Shown piece after piece: positions 7,451 to 14,780 of a stretch of 14,780 bases of DNA. Both the position numbers and the translations under genes were made by a program. The notes under the pieces are model-generated. The model searched no databases, was not told where the DNA came from, and saw nothing but the letters and a program-made list of their open reading frames with translations. Origin of the DNA: Armatimonadota bacterium (GTDB lineage: Bacteria > Sysuimicrobiota > Sysuimicrobiia > Sysuimicrobiales > Humicultoraceae). The stretch spans positions 1-14,780 of the forward strand of contig JBQTJP010000294.1 in the NCBI GenBank assembly GCA_052386995.1, read 5' to 3'. Each line of letters opens with the position of its first letter. The stretch's first letter is position 1.

Positions 7451-7584
7451 CTACGCGGCCTCAGCAAGCAGTGCCTTGATCTCATCGACCGCCAGCGGAT
7501 GCTTCTCCAGAACGGTTCGAAGATCGCTGATCAAGGTCCACCAGCAGTTCGAAGATCTCCGGTCAAGGTCCCACCGAGTTGGAC
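7451..7584 (-). repeat. att-like repeat copy 3: 30-codon C-terminal fragment + tandem second unit
   Basis: 7543->7451 encodes WWTLISDLRTVLEKHPLAVDEIKALLAEAA-TAG. Second unit GTTCGA-N18-CCACCG at 7547-7576, then TGGAC. Confidence 0.85.
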
Positions 7585-7654
7585 ATTAAGCTCCTCCCGG
7601 TAATCCTGGTACTTGCGATACTCTTCTACATCTGAAGTATCGGAGAATGCGGAA

Positions 7655-8659
7655 GTGCCACCTGAACTTGATCATGACTGGCACGAAAGCGTCGGCCGCC
7701 TTCAGCTTAAGAAGCTGCTTAAGAAGCTGCCCGATCGAGCGGCCGTCCACGCTCTTGTTCAGACGGTGGATCGGGGCGGTCGGCCAATCTCAGTCCGGAC
7801 GCTTCATGGTGGCCTGGAATGCAGCACACATGCCGTAAAGATCGCGCCGCGTGTTAGACGACCATACGAGGTGGTCCTCCGTCGATATCACGACCGCGGT
7901 CACGGCGACCCGTCCGTGATATGTCACCGGGAGTGGCGGACGCTTCAACTGCTTGCCGAGTTGCCGGTCGTCGCGCCGCGGCCCATATGGGCAGATGTCG
8001 ACGGGCAACTCTTCGGCCAGCCGGCACTCGTCGAGACGCGACTTCCAGGCCATGCGATGCTAGCACCGTCAGACATGGACCGCTACGTGTCCGAGCTCGC
8101 CGGGACCGCTGCCCTGATCCACTCAGTTCCGATTTCTGGCCAGGACTGGGCCCACGCAAGGCGCCTGGACGATGGGCTCAACGCCAAAGTGAATTCAGGC
8201 CCTTCGATTTCCGTCCTCAGGCATCCGGATGGGGCGGGCGTCTGGAACGCTCTCCGAAAGCTGTGGCCGCGGGTGTCTATCGACAGGCGGACCTTGCGTC
8301 ATGGTGACTACTGGCCCGGCAATACCCTCTGGCTACGAGGGCGCATTGCCGGTGTCGTGGACTGGGAGGAAATCTCGATTGGAGACCCGGCGCGCGAGGT
8401 CAGCTATTGCCGGCAGGATTTGGCCATGCTCTTCGGTCTGGAGGCGGCAGACAGGTTCCTGCGGCATTACGAACGTATCGTGGGACGACGCATCGAAGCC
8501 CTCGCGTTTTGGGATCTTCTCGCCGTCGCGCGCGCCCTCCCGGATGTGGAGCGCTGGTTGTCCGGCTACCACGACTTTGGCAGGACCGATATATCACCGG
8601 CGCTTATGCGCAAGCGCCACCGGGCGTTCATCGCCCAGGCGTTAGGTCACGCTGGGTGA
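7655..8659 (+). CDS. Aminoglycoside phosphotransferase/choline kinase-like (APH family) protein
   Basis: Catalytic motif HGDYWPGNTL, metal-binding VVDWE, N-lobe LHGG...VVLRRY...REW. GTG 7655 with GGAG upstream is preferred over TTG 7613. Confidence 0.9.
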   Translation: MPPELDHDWHESVGRLQLKKLLKKLPDRAAVHALVQTVDRGGRPISVRTLHGGLECSTHAVKIAPRVRRPYEVVLRRYHDRGHGDPSVICHREWRTLQLLAELPVVAPRPIWADVDGQLFGQPALVETRLPGHAMLAPSDMDRYVSELAGTAALIHSVPISGQDWAHARRLDDGLNAKVNSGPSISVLRHPDGAGVWNALRKLWPRVSIDRRTLRHGDYWPGNTLWLRGRIAGVVDWEEISIGDPAREVSYCRQDLAMLFGLEAADRFLRHYERIVGRRIEALAFWDLLAVARALPDVERWLSGYHDFGRTDISPALMRKRHRAFIAQALGHAG

Positions 8660-8661
8660 TA

Positions 8662-8904
8662 TGGTTGAGGCAACCGCTACGGGATCCCCTCGGCGAGCTT
8701 AGCGTGGAGGCGCAACTCGACATAGGATGCTCGCTCGTGCACGGTACATTTGAGGCAATCTATCCTCCTGGGCAACCCGTAGATGTTAAACTTGCGGAAG
8801 GTCCCCGCCCGCTCGTTCAGCTGCTCGTGCGATTGCTTAGGCAACTTCAAGCCCTGGCCACGTGCGATTGATTATGAGGCGTATCTTGCGCGGTTCGACC
8901 GCGC
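8662..8904 (+). pseudogene. nucC: Frameshifted 3' remnant of a NucC-like (DUF6602) CBASS effector endonuclease
   Basis: QLDIGCSLVHGTF...RPLVQLLVRLLRQLQALAT [frameshift near 8863] AIDYEAYLARF resembles the NucC C-terminus as I recall it (RLDMGCVASHGHF...KPATAFLFRLIAQLQFSGTVPMIDIDAY). Confidence 0.7.
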
Positions 8905-8933
8905 GGTAGCGAGTCACGGAATGAAAGCTAACA

Positions 8934-8947
8934 CAAACATTCGTTCG
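8934..8947 (-). promoter_or_regulatory. LexA (Cheo-type) box candidate
   Basis: CGAACGAATGTTTG (1 mismatch), followed on the minus strand by TGT-TAGCTT (extended -10-like). Confidence 0.55.
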
Positions 8948-9058
8948 TTAGGCCGCTTGGCCCACCAACTCCCGCAAGGTCTCGACTGGCAACGGTGATT
9001 TCTCCAAGGCAGTTTGAAGATCTCTGATCAAGGTCCACCAGGACAGTCCCCACCAGCA
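8948..9058 (-). repeat. att-like repeat copy 4: 30-codon C-terminal fragment, then a 10-bp copy of the tRNA end
   Basis: 9040->8948 encodes [43 protein letters not shown] at 9049-9058 equals 1958-1967. Confidence 0.85.
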
Positions 9059-9179
9059 TTTCAGCCTTCCGAACGTTCTCGCGAAAGTACCCAGACCCCC
9101 CTGGTCTGGATGGCGGCAGGTACCGTTTTCTTGCCGGCTGAAGAATATGGGCGTTAATTCGCCGAGCGTTGGGTGGACC

Positions 9180-11708
9180 ATGCGGCACGGCCGTGCTCGA
9201 AAATCCGGGCGCCATGAAGGCACGCGAAGCCGACGATCACACTTGGTATCCCGGTCGATCCGCGGCGAGGGGTTCTTGGCGGCGTCGCCGCCCCAGAACC
9301 TACCGGCGCCGTTTACGCGACTCATCGGACGGCGCGAGGAGATCGCTGAGGTCCGGGATCGGCTGCGACGTGACGACATACGGATGCTCACGCTGACTGG
9401 GCCAGCTGGCGTCGGCAAAACGCGGCTGGCCCTGGAAGTGGCGCGGGGGCTTCTCGACGACTTTCCCGACGGGATGGTGTTCGTAGACATCGCTCCGATC
9501 CGCGACCCGGAGCGCGTCATCTTCGAAATTGCTCAGACGCTGAAGGTTCGGGACTCGCCAGACTGGCGGCCTCTGGCCACGCTCCAGGAGTATCTTCGCG
9601 ACAGGGCCCTGCTGTTGGTCCTGGACAACTTTGAGCAGGTGCTTCCCGCAGCCCCTGATGTAGCTGGACTGCTGGCGGCCTGCCCAGGCCTGAAAGTCCT
9701 GGCCACCAGCCGGGCGGCGCTGCGGCTCTCCGCGGAACACGAGTTTCCGGTTCCGCCTCTGGCACACCCGGATCCCGAGCGCCTTCCCCCGCCGGATGCG
9801 CTTGCCGCCTATCCTGCGGTTGCCCTCTTCGTGGATCGGGCGCGGTCGGCTAGACCGGAGTTTGCGCTGACTCCTCAGAACGCCCGGGCGGTGGCGGAGA
9901 TCTGCCAGCGCCTGGACGGTCTCCCGCTCGCGCTGGAGCTGGCCGCAGCCCGGATCAAGGTTCTCCCGCCGCAGGGGATCCTCGGACACCTGCAACGGCG
10001 GCTGGAGCTGCTCATCGACGGGCCCATCGACCTGCCCGCACGACAGCGCACACTCAGCGGAGCAATCGGCTGGAGCTACGACCTGCTCAGTCCTGGCGAG
10101 CAGGCGTTGTTCCGGCACCTCGCCGTCTTTGCCGGCGGCTGTAGCATTGAGGCAGTGGGCGCGGTTTGGAACGTAGAGCGCCCGCGTCACATCGTGGACG
10201 CCCTGGCGCCCCTCGTCGACAAGAGCCTGCTGTGGCAAGAGGTACGGCCCGACGGCGAGCCGAGGTTCGCGATGCTGGAGACCATTCGAGAGTACGCGCA
10301 GGAGCGGCTGGCGGCCAGCGGGGAGAGCGACGTCGTCCAGCGGCGGCATGCCGCCTACTTCCTGGCGCTGGCTGAGCACGCTGAGCCGGAGTTTCAGGGC
10401 CCTGACCAGAGCACCTGGCTGGCCCGGCTAGAGGCAGACCATGACAACTTGCGGGCAGCGTTGAACTGGTGTCTCGGCGAAGATGGTGAAAGGGAGATCG
10501 GACTGCAGCTCGCCGCGAGCCTGGTCCCGTTCTGGGAAATCCGAGGGTATTGGAACGAGGCCCGCCGCTGGCTTGAGGCAGTGCTGCGCAACACGAGCGG
10601 AGCGTCACCTGCTACAAAGGTGAAAGCGCTCAACGGCGCCGGGATGCTGGCTTTTCAGCAGGGCGATTTCCCGCGGGCCGCGGCGCTGGCGGAGGAAAGC
10701 CTGTCTCTCGGTCGCGCCCTTGGAGACAAGCTGGGTACGGTGGGTTCGCTGAACATCCTCGGGTTCTATGCGTGTGCCACAGGCGACTACAGTCGGGCGG
10801 CGGCGCTGGGGTCGGAGAGCCTGACCATCTGCCAGGAGCTCGCCGATCCTTTGGGCATTGCCGACGCTCTGCACATCCTAGGGTTGGTCGCACGCGATCG
10901 CGGTGATCATGTCCAGGCCGCCGCGTTGCTTGAGGAGAGCCTGCGTCTTTGTCGCGCCCTCAACGCCAGGTGGCGAGTGGCGATCAACCTGACCGACCTG
11001 GGCCTGGTGCTGCGGGAGCGCGGTCAACTCACTCGGGCCGCGGCGCTGATCGAGGAAGGTCTGCAGCACTTCCGCGCATTGGGTCACAGACACGGGACGG
11101 CTACAGCCCAGAGCCATCTCGCTACGGTAGCCTGGCACCGACGACAATACGACCGGGCCGCGGCGCTGTTCGGCGACAGCCTGATTCTCCGCAGAGGGCT
11201 TGGAGAAGTCCGAGGCATCGCCGTCTGTCTGGTAGGACTGGCCGCGGTCGCCTGCGCAACACGGCAGCATGAGAAGGCAGCCCGCCTGTTTGGAGCGGCG
11301 GAAGGACTCAGGGACTCGATCGGGGTATCGCTGCCCTATTTCATTCGCGGCGACTGCGACCGGTTGGTGGCCATGACGCGCAAACACCTCGCAGACGCGT
11401 TTCAAACACGCTGGGCAGAGGGGCGGACCATGACCGTCGACGAGGCCGGCGACTACGCCCTCGCGAACATGGCGGCCATCGAGCCGGCGGCGGCCTCCCT
11501 ACCGCGCATGCCGCTGACCCGTCGGGAGCGGGAGGTCGCCATGCTGGTCACGCAGGGGCGGACCAACCGCGAGATCGCCGCCGCGCTGGTGATCACCGAG
11601 AAGACCGCCGAGAACCACGTCCAGCACATTTTGAACAAGCTGGGTTTCCGCTCCCGCGCACAAATAGCCGCGTGGACGGTCGAACAAGACCTGGGCACCC
11701 GCTTCTAG
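9180..11708 (+). CDS. STAND-class ATPase / TPR / LuxR-HTH transcriptional regulator
   Basis: Walker A GPAGVGKT, Walker [19 protein letters not shown], 40-aa TPR-like repeats and C-terminal [22 protein letters not shown]. Start uncertain (9147 or 9180). Confidence 0.93.
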   Translation: MRHGRARKSGRHEGTRSRRSHLVSRSIRGEGFLAASPPQNLPAPFTRLIGRREEIAEVRDRLRRDDIRMLTLTGPAGVGKTRLALEVARGLLDDFPDGMVFVDIAPIRDPERVIFEIAQTLKVRDSPDWRPLATLQEYLRDRALLLVLDNFEQVLPAAPDVAGLLAACPGLKVLATSRAALRLSAEHEFPVPPLAHPDPERLPPPDALAAYPAVALFVDRARSARPEFALTPQNARAVAEICQRLDGLPLALELAAARIKVLPPQGILGHLQRRLELLIDGPIDLPARQRTLSGAIGWSYDLLSPGEQALFRHLAVFAGGCSIEAVGAVWNVERPRHIVDALAPLVDKSLLWQEVRPDGEPRFAMLETIREYAQERLAASGESDVVQRRHAAYFLALAEHAEPEFQGPDQSTWLARLEADHDNLRAALNWCLGEDGEREIGLQLAASLVPFWEIRGYWNEARRWLEAVLRNTSGASPATKVKALNGAGMLAFQQGDFPRAAALAEESLSLGRALGDKLGTVGSLNILGFYACATGDYSRAAALGSESLTICQELADPLGIADALHILGLVARDRGDHVQAAALLEESLRLCRALNARWRVAINLTDLGLVLRERGQLTRAAALIEEGLQHFRALGHRHGTATAQSHLATVAWHRRQYDRAAALFGDSLILRRGLGEVRGIAVCLVGLAAVACATRQHEKAARLFGAAEGLRDSIGVSLPYFIRGDCDRLVAMTRKHLADAFQTRWAEGRTMTVDEAGDYALANMAAIEPAAASLPRMPLTRREREVAMLVTQGRTNREIAAALVITEKTAENHVQHILNKLGFRSRAQIAAWTVEQDLGTRF

Positions 11709-11830
11709 CCTCGTCACAACTGCTGTCGTAATTCGCTCATCCGCAGCCGCACCCTCACCCATGCACAAATGAGCCGTTGCCGCCGCCCAGGTCTGCTGGT
11801 ACCTGGGGAGGAGGAGAAATGGGTATCGAC

Positions 11831-11875
11831 CTGAGGGATTTCCCCGATGACGGTTTTCAGAAAGTGCCGTACCGT
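11831..11875 (+). promoter_or_regulatory. Putative operator/promoter giving a leaderless hydrolase mRNA
   Basis: CTGAGGGATTTCCCCGAT (core GGGA-TT-TCCC) overlapping ATGACG, 17-nt spacer, TACCGT, 6 nt, then ATG 11882 with no SD. Confidence 0.55.
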
Positions 11876-11881
11876 GTGGGT

Positions 11882-12721
11882 ATGAGAGGGCTGGGACTGC
11901 TCCTTTCCTTCGTGCTCCTTGGGAGTGTAGTCGTTCTCAAGCCTGCCACTGCGCAGGAGTCATGTCGGATCGAGCGCGTCACGTACCGCGTGGACGGCCT
12001 GCAGTTCGTCGGCTGGATCATGAAACCCGCAAGAGAAGATCGGTTCCCCGTTATCGTCTGGAGCCACGGTGCACGATTCGCGACCGCCGGGGCTCAGATC
12101 ATCAACGAGAACACCCCTTGCCCAGCGTTCGTCCTGAGCAAGAGGTGGATGCTTCTCTTCACGCAAACGAGAGGATATGGCGGCTCGGAGGGTCAGAACC
12201 CCGAAGCGGCGTTCCGTCAGGCGCAGGTGGCCTTTCTGAACGGACGAGCCGACGACATCAATCGGAGCGTCGAGTGGCTAAGAACTCGGTCTGACGTGAA
12301 CGCCGACTGCATCGCAAACATGGCATGGTCACAGGGAGCGGTGACTGCGCTGCTGGCCTCCGGCAAGAAGCCCGCGCTGTATCGCGCGACCATCGCCCAG
12401 GCCCCGGTTGCCATATGGGCCCCGGATCTCAACCGCTTCGTAGGATTCGGCGACGTGATCCAGGCCGCTCGGGACATTCAGGGTCCGATCCTTATGCAGA
12501 GCAATACTATCGATGAGGACTCCTTCGTTGAGGTCACCCGCGTCCTTGTGAGGGAATTGCAGCGGTGGGGGAAATCCGTCGAGTACAGGGAGTACACGCA
12601 CCCGAGCGCACACCAATTCTTCAACCTCGCCGGCCGCCCGGAGCTCGCCCAGATGTGGGGAGCAGAAGCGGTGGCTTTTTTGGAACGGGCCTTCGCTGGG
12701 TGTGGCCGCCCGAGGCCATAA
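11882..12721 (+). CDS. Secreted alpha/beta hydrolase (dienelactone hydrolase / S9 peptidase-like)
   Basis: Signal peptide MRGLGLLLSFVLLGSVVVLKPATA-Q; FPVIVWSHG, RGYGGSEG, nucleophile elbow AWSQG, candidate Asp (IDED) and His (AHQFF). Confidence 0.85.
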   Translation: MRGLGLLLSFVLLGSVVVLKPATAQESCRIERVTYRVDGLQFVGWIMKPAREDRFPVIVWSHGARFATAGAQIINENTPCPAFVLSKRWMLLFTQTRGYGGSEGQNPEAAFRQAQVAFLNGRADDINRSVEWLRTRSDVNADCIANMAWSQGAVTALLASGKKPALYRATIAQAPVAIWAPDLNRFVGFGDVIQAARDIQGPILMQSNTIDEDSFVEVTRVLVRELQRWGKSVEYREYTHPSAHQFFNLAGRPELAQMWGAEAVAFLERAFAGCGRPRP

Positions 12722-12765
12722 TTCGGACCCTCGCCTCGGAAGATCGAACACAAGCCCCTCCGAAT

Positions 12766-13230
12766 TCAGTTAGTAGTAGCTGCGATACCACGTGCAGCCG
12801 ACGGCACCTCATATCGCGCGGACCCCCTATGCTTTTTGAGCGCCCGGCGATCATAGGTGGCACGGGCTCGATCGATGTCCGTCGTATGCTCGTCGGCCCA
12901 GGCCATCAGCGGGTCGATGATGTCGCGGAGGGTGCGTCCCAGCGGGGTCAGGGCGTAATCGACGTGCGGAGGCACAACAGGATAGACGGTTCGATTGACG
13001 ATACCGTCGCGTTCGAGGTTCCGGAGCGTGACGGTGAGCATCCGCTGGCTGATGCCGTCAATGCTCCGGCGCAGCTCGGTGAACCGCCGCGTGGCATCAC
13101 CCAGGAGGAAGATCACGTAGACCGACCACTTGTCGCCTACACGATCGAGCACGTCGCGGGCTGCGCACCGTATTGCCTTTGTCGGGCCCCTGCCGGGCAT
13201 CCTCTGAACCGCTTCCACGGTTCCCTCCAT
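12766..13230 (-). CDS. HxlR-family winged-helix transcriptional regulator
   Basis: C...VLDRVGDKWS...RRFTELRRSIDGISQRMLTVTLRNLERDGIV.RTVYPVVPPHVDYALTPLG. Confidence 0.95.
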   Translation of the reverse strand: MEGTVEAVQRMPGRGPTKAIRCAARDVLDRVGDKWSVYVIFLLGDATRRFTELRRSIDGISQRMLTVTLRNLERDGIVNRTVYPVVPPHVDYALTPLGRTLRDIIDPLMAWADEHTTDIDRARATYDRRALKKHRGSARYEVPSAARGIAATTN

Positions 13231-13311
13231 GTAACTAGGGCAGATTGAAGTGCCGTCTTGCGCTCTCTTCCATGATGACTGATAGTGTGGTCAGTTACAA
13301 GAGGGAACTGA
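13219..13311. promoter_or_regulatory. Divergent promoter region with two candidate HxlR operators
   Basis: TCAGTTAC-AAGAG-GGAACTGA (13291-13311) is an imperfect palindrome; a related inverted site GGTTCCCTCCATGTAACT (13219-13236) covers the regulator start; TGA-TAGTGT extended -10 at 13280-13288. Confidence 0.6.
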
Positions 13312-13329
13312 GGGAGAAAGGAGAACTCG

Positions 13330-13767
13330 GTGTTGGAGAGCATGTTCGCGCCGGTCAGTGATTGGGGGTTGCTAATTCTCCGCGTGGGGTTAGGCGTTAT
13401 CTTTCCCTTTCACGGCTGGCTCAAGCTCAACCCCAACGGGCCGGCGAAGGGTCCCGCGGGCTTCGCCGGTTTCTTGAGGCAAATGGGCGTGCCTCTGCCT
13501 GTGCTCTCTGCCTGGGTCGTCATCCTGTTGGAGACAGTCGGCGCGGTTCTTCTCATCCTGGGCCTGGGCACCCGTATCCTGGCGCTCGGATTCGCCATAG
13601 ACATGTTGGTCGCGATCGTGCTGGTCAAGCGCAGAATGATGAAGGCCCGCTTCATGGACGAAAAGGGCACGGGCTGGGAGTACGAATTTGCATTGATGGT
13701 TCAAGCCCTGGCGCTTATGTTCACAGGCGCCGGCCGTATCGCGCTTGATCCGATCTTAGGACTGTAG
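13330..13767 (+). CDS. DoxX-family membrane protein
   Basis: GTG with AAGGAG; GLLILRVGLGVIF..HGWLKL, ETVGAVLLILGLGTR, GWEYE, GAGRIALD. Confidence 0.93.
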   Translation: MLESMFAPVSDWGLLILRVGLGVIFPFHGWLKLNPNGPAKGPAGFAGFLRQMGVPLPVLSAWVVILLETVGAVLLILGLGTRILALGFAIDMLVAIVLVKRRMMKARFMDEKGTGWEYEFALMVQALALMFTGAGRIALDPILGL

Positions 13768-13802
13768 TGCGGACTTCCTAACAGAACACGAACGCGCTTT
13801 TT

Positions 13803-14006
13803 CTAGGCTGCCACCGTTGCCTGCTCAATCATTGCGTGCACTTGACTCACCGGCAGGACCGGCTGCCCTGCATGCTTCTCCGCCATGTGTTGCGCTACCG
13901 CATCCGGGGTCATCATCGCCTTGATTTTTCCCACAGCCTCTCCCCTTGTCGCCGCTTCCACTGCCAGCACATGTCCGCAGCTGCAGGTCATAGAGAATTT
14001 CTGCAT
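13803..14006 (-). CDS. Small putative metal-binding protein (DUF1059-like, 67 aa)
   Basis: MTCSCGH...EA.T..EAV...HMAEKH pattern; GGGGGG upstream of the ATG. Confidence 0.75.
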   Translation of the reverse strand: MQKFSMTCSCGHVLAVEAATRGEAVGKIKAMMTPDAVAQHMAEKHAGQPVLPVSQVHAMIEQATVAA

Positions 14007-14020
14007 GAGTGCCCCCCAAA

Positions 14021-14542
14021 CTATCGACTCTTCGCTCGCTCACCTCTTCCGACAAGGGACCATACTCCACGACTTCCACGGAATCCTTTGAGGGGAAGCC
14101 GCCGGTAGATCTCGATGACCGGGAAGCGGGGACGTGAGCCGAGGTATAGTAGACGTCCGGTTGACATATGATACCCGCTGAAGCCGGAGAATACCGGAAT
14201 GAGCGCGTGGACCCTGTCGGGATGGTCCAGGGCAAAGTCGATGGCCGTGTACCCTCCCAGAGACAGCCCGCAGATCGACGCCGCGTCAATCTTCAGGAAG
14301 CCGAGTAGCTCGTAGAGGTCCTGCCGGTGCGGCGTCTCGTGATCGGTGGCGGCCGACCGGCCGTATCCGCGGAGATCGTAGCGGATGACGCGGTGATCTC
14401 TGGCGAGGGCTCCGACCTGATCGCTCCACGTACGCAGATCCGAGAGGCCGGCGTGGAGAAGCACAAGCGGGTGTCCATGACCCGTCGCCTCCTAGTACAG
14501 GGTAGCGCCCCGCACCTGGACGTACCCCGATGTGACTTCCAT
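14021..14542 (-). pseudogene. Alpha/beta hydrolase pseudogene (nonsense at codon 17 and 3' truncation)
   Basis: AAGGAGGT-AGGG-ATG at 14542; MEVTSGYVQVRGATLY*EATGHGHPLVLLHAG...YDLRGYGRS...GLSLGG with TAG at 14492-14494. Hydrolase-like sequence is lost after ~14160 and the catalytic Asp/His region is missing. Confidence 0.85.
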
Positions 14543-14780
14543 CCCTACCTCCTTGTCCTGCGAACATCAGGGACGTTCGGTCTGGACTGCGGGCTGGCCT
14601 TCTTGGCGAGGTCTGAACGCGCTCACCGGACGCTTCTCAGCCATGTTAAGGTGGTGGAGTTCTAGGCCGCCAACGTTTTTATCCCTGAAGACCTGGGTAC
14701 AAATGGTGAGATGCCTTGTCGGCAGGCCGCGACTCTGTAAGGATTGAACTACGCTGTCCGACCATGTAGGTGAGGAGGTG

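Larger units (their letters stand above)
1965..9058. mobile_element. Tandem array of integrase-less cargo blocks delimited by att-like repeats at the tRNA-Ile 3' end
   Basis: Four direct GTTYGA-N17-CCACCA repeats; CCCACCAGCA at both 1958-1967 and 9049-9058; truncated genes beside the repeats. Confidence 0.65.

Noticed and set aside
7705..7728. 12-bp tandem duplication GCTTAAGAAGCT x2
   Set aside because: In-frame micro-duplication in a variable N-terminus, with no evidence of function.
7655..8659. Bona fide aminoglycoside resistance gene
   Set aside because: Only general APH/choline-kinase motifs are visible; the substrate cannot be inferred.
3530..9058. Repeats as a CRISPR array
   Set aside because: Spacing is 0.8-3.2 kb or directly tandem, the copies diverge in a codon-like way, and there are no cas genes.
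9300..10379. 359-aa minus-strand ORF, and most of ORF 8948-9520
   Set aside because: Antisense shadows of the ATPase gene; only the last 30 codons of 8948-9520 are meaningful.
10674..11168. CGGGCCGCGGCGCTG-like motif recurring every 120 nt
   Set aside because: It encodes RAAAL/QAAAL in the 40-aa TPR-like repeats of the regulator; an ordinary coding repeat.
14492..14494. Amber readthrough or alternative genetic code
   Set aside because: TAG is a normal stop for several genes here, and this gene is also truncated.
14560..14780. Right-edge ORFs and terminal GAGGAGGTG
   Set aside because: No convincing coding frame; the RBS-like motif cannot be assessed without the downstream sequence.

Overview
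GC-rich bacterial accessory region centred on a stand-alone tRNA-Ile(GAT)-like gene (1888-1964) that looks like an integration hotspot used by two systems. LEFT (1-1964): the end of a prophage/ICE-like element, with a phage-type ORF, an XRE/Cro regulator, a Cys-motif protein and a small coupled ORF. An RBS-led ORF runs straight into the tRNA, which has a C1:C72 mismatch and a D-loop change that removes an in-frame TAG, suggesting a gene split by attP. RIGHT (1965-9058): cargo blocks separated by four direct copies of a repeat ending in CCACCA, like the tRNA 3' end. Three copies encode the same 30-codon protein C-terminus on the minus strand (WWT.I.DL.T.L...PL.V.....L...AA*) followed by a LexA/Cheo-like box. 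The GTTYGA motif lies exactly 5 bp further from CCACCA than in the tRNA, matching the attP/attB offset of large serine integrases. I infer tandem, integrase-less integration scars forming a tRNA-anchored cassette array. Cargo: a palindrome-flanked DUF222/HNH gene, a 5'-truncated nucleotidyltransferase, an alpha/beta hydrolase with an HD-LuxR regulator, an APH-like kinase and a frameshifted NucC remnant. Beyond 9058: a STAND-TPR-LuxR regulator with a secreted hydrolase, an HxlR/DoxX pair, a small Cys/His protein and a hydrolase pseudogene. No integrase catalytic domain is in the window, and all family calls are by eye without database searches.
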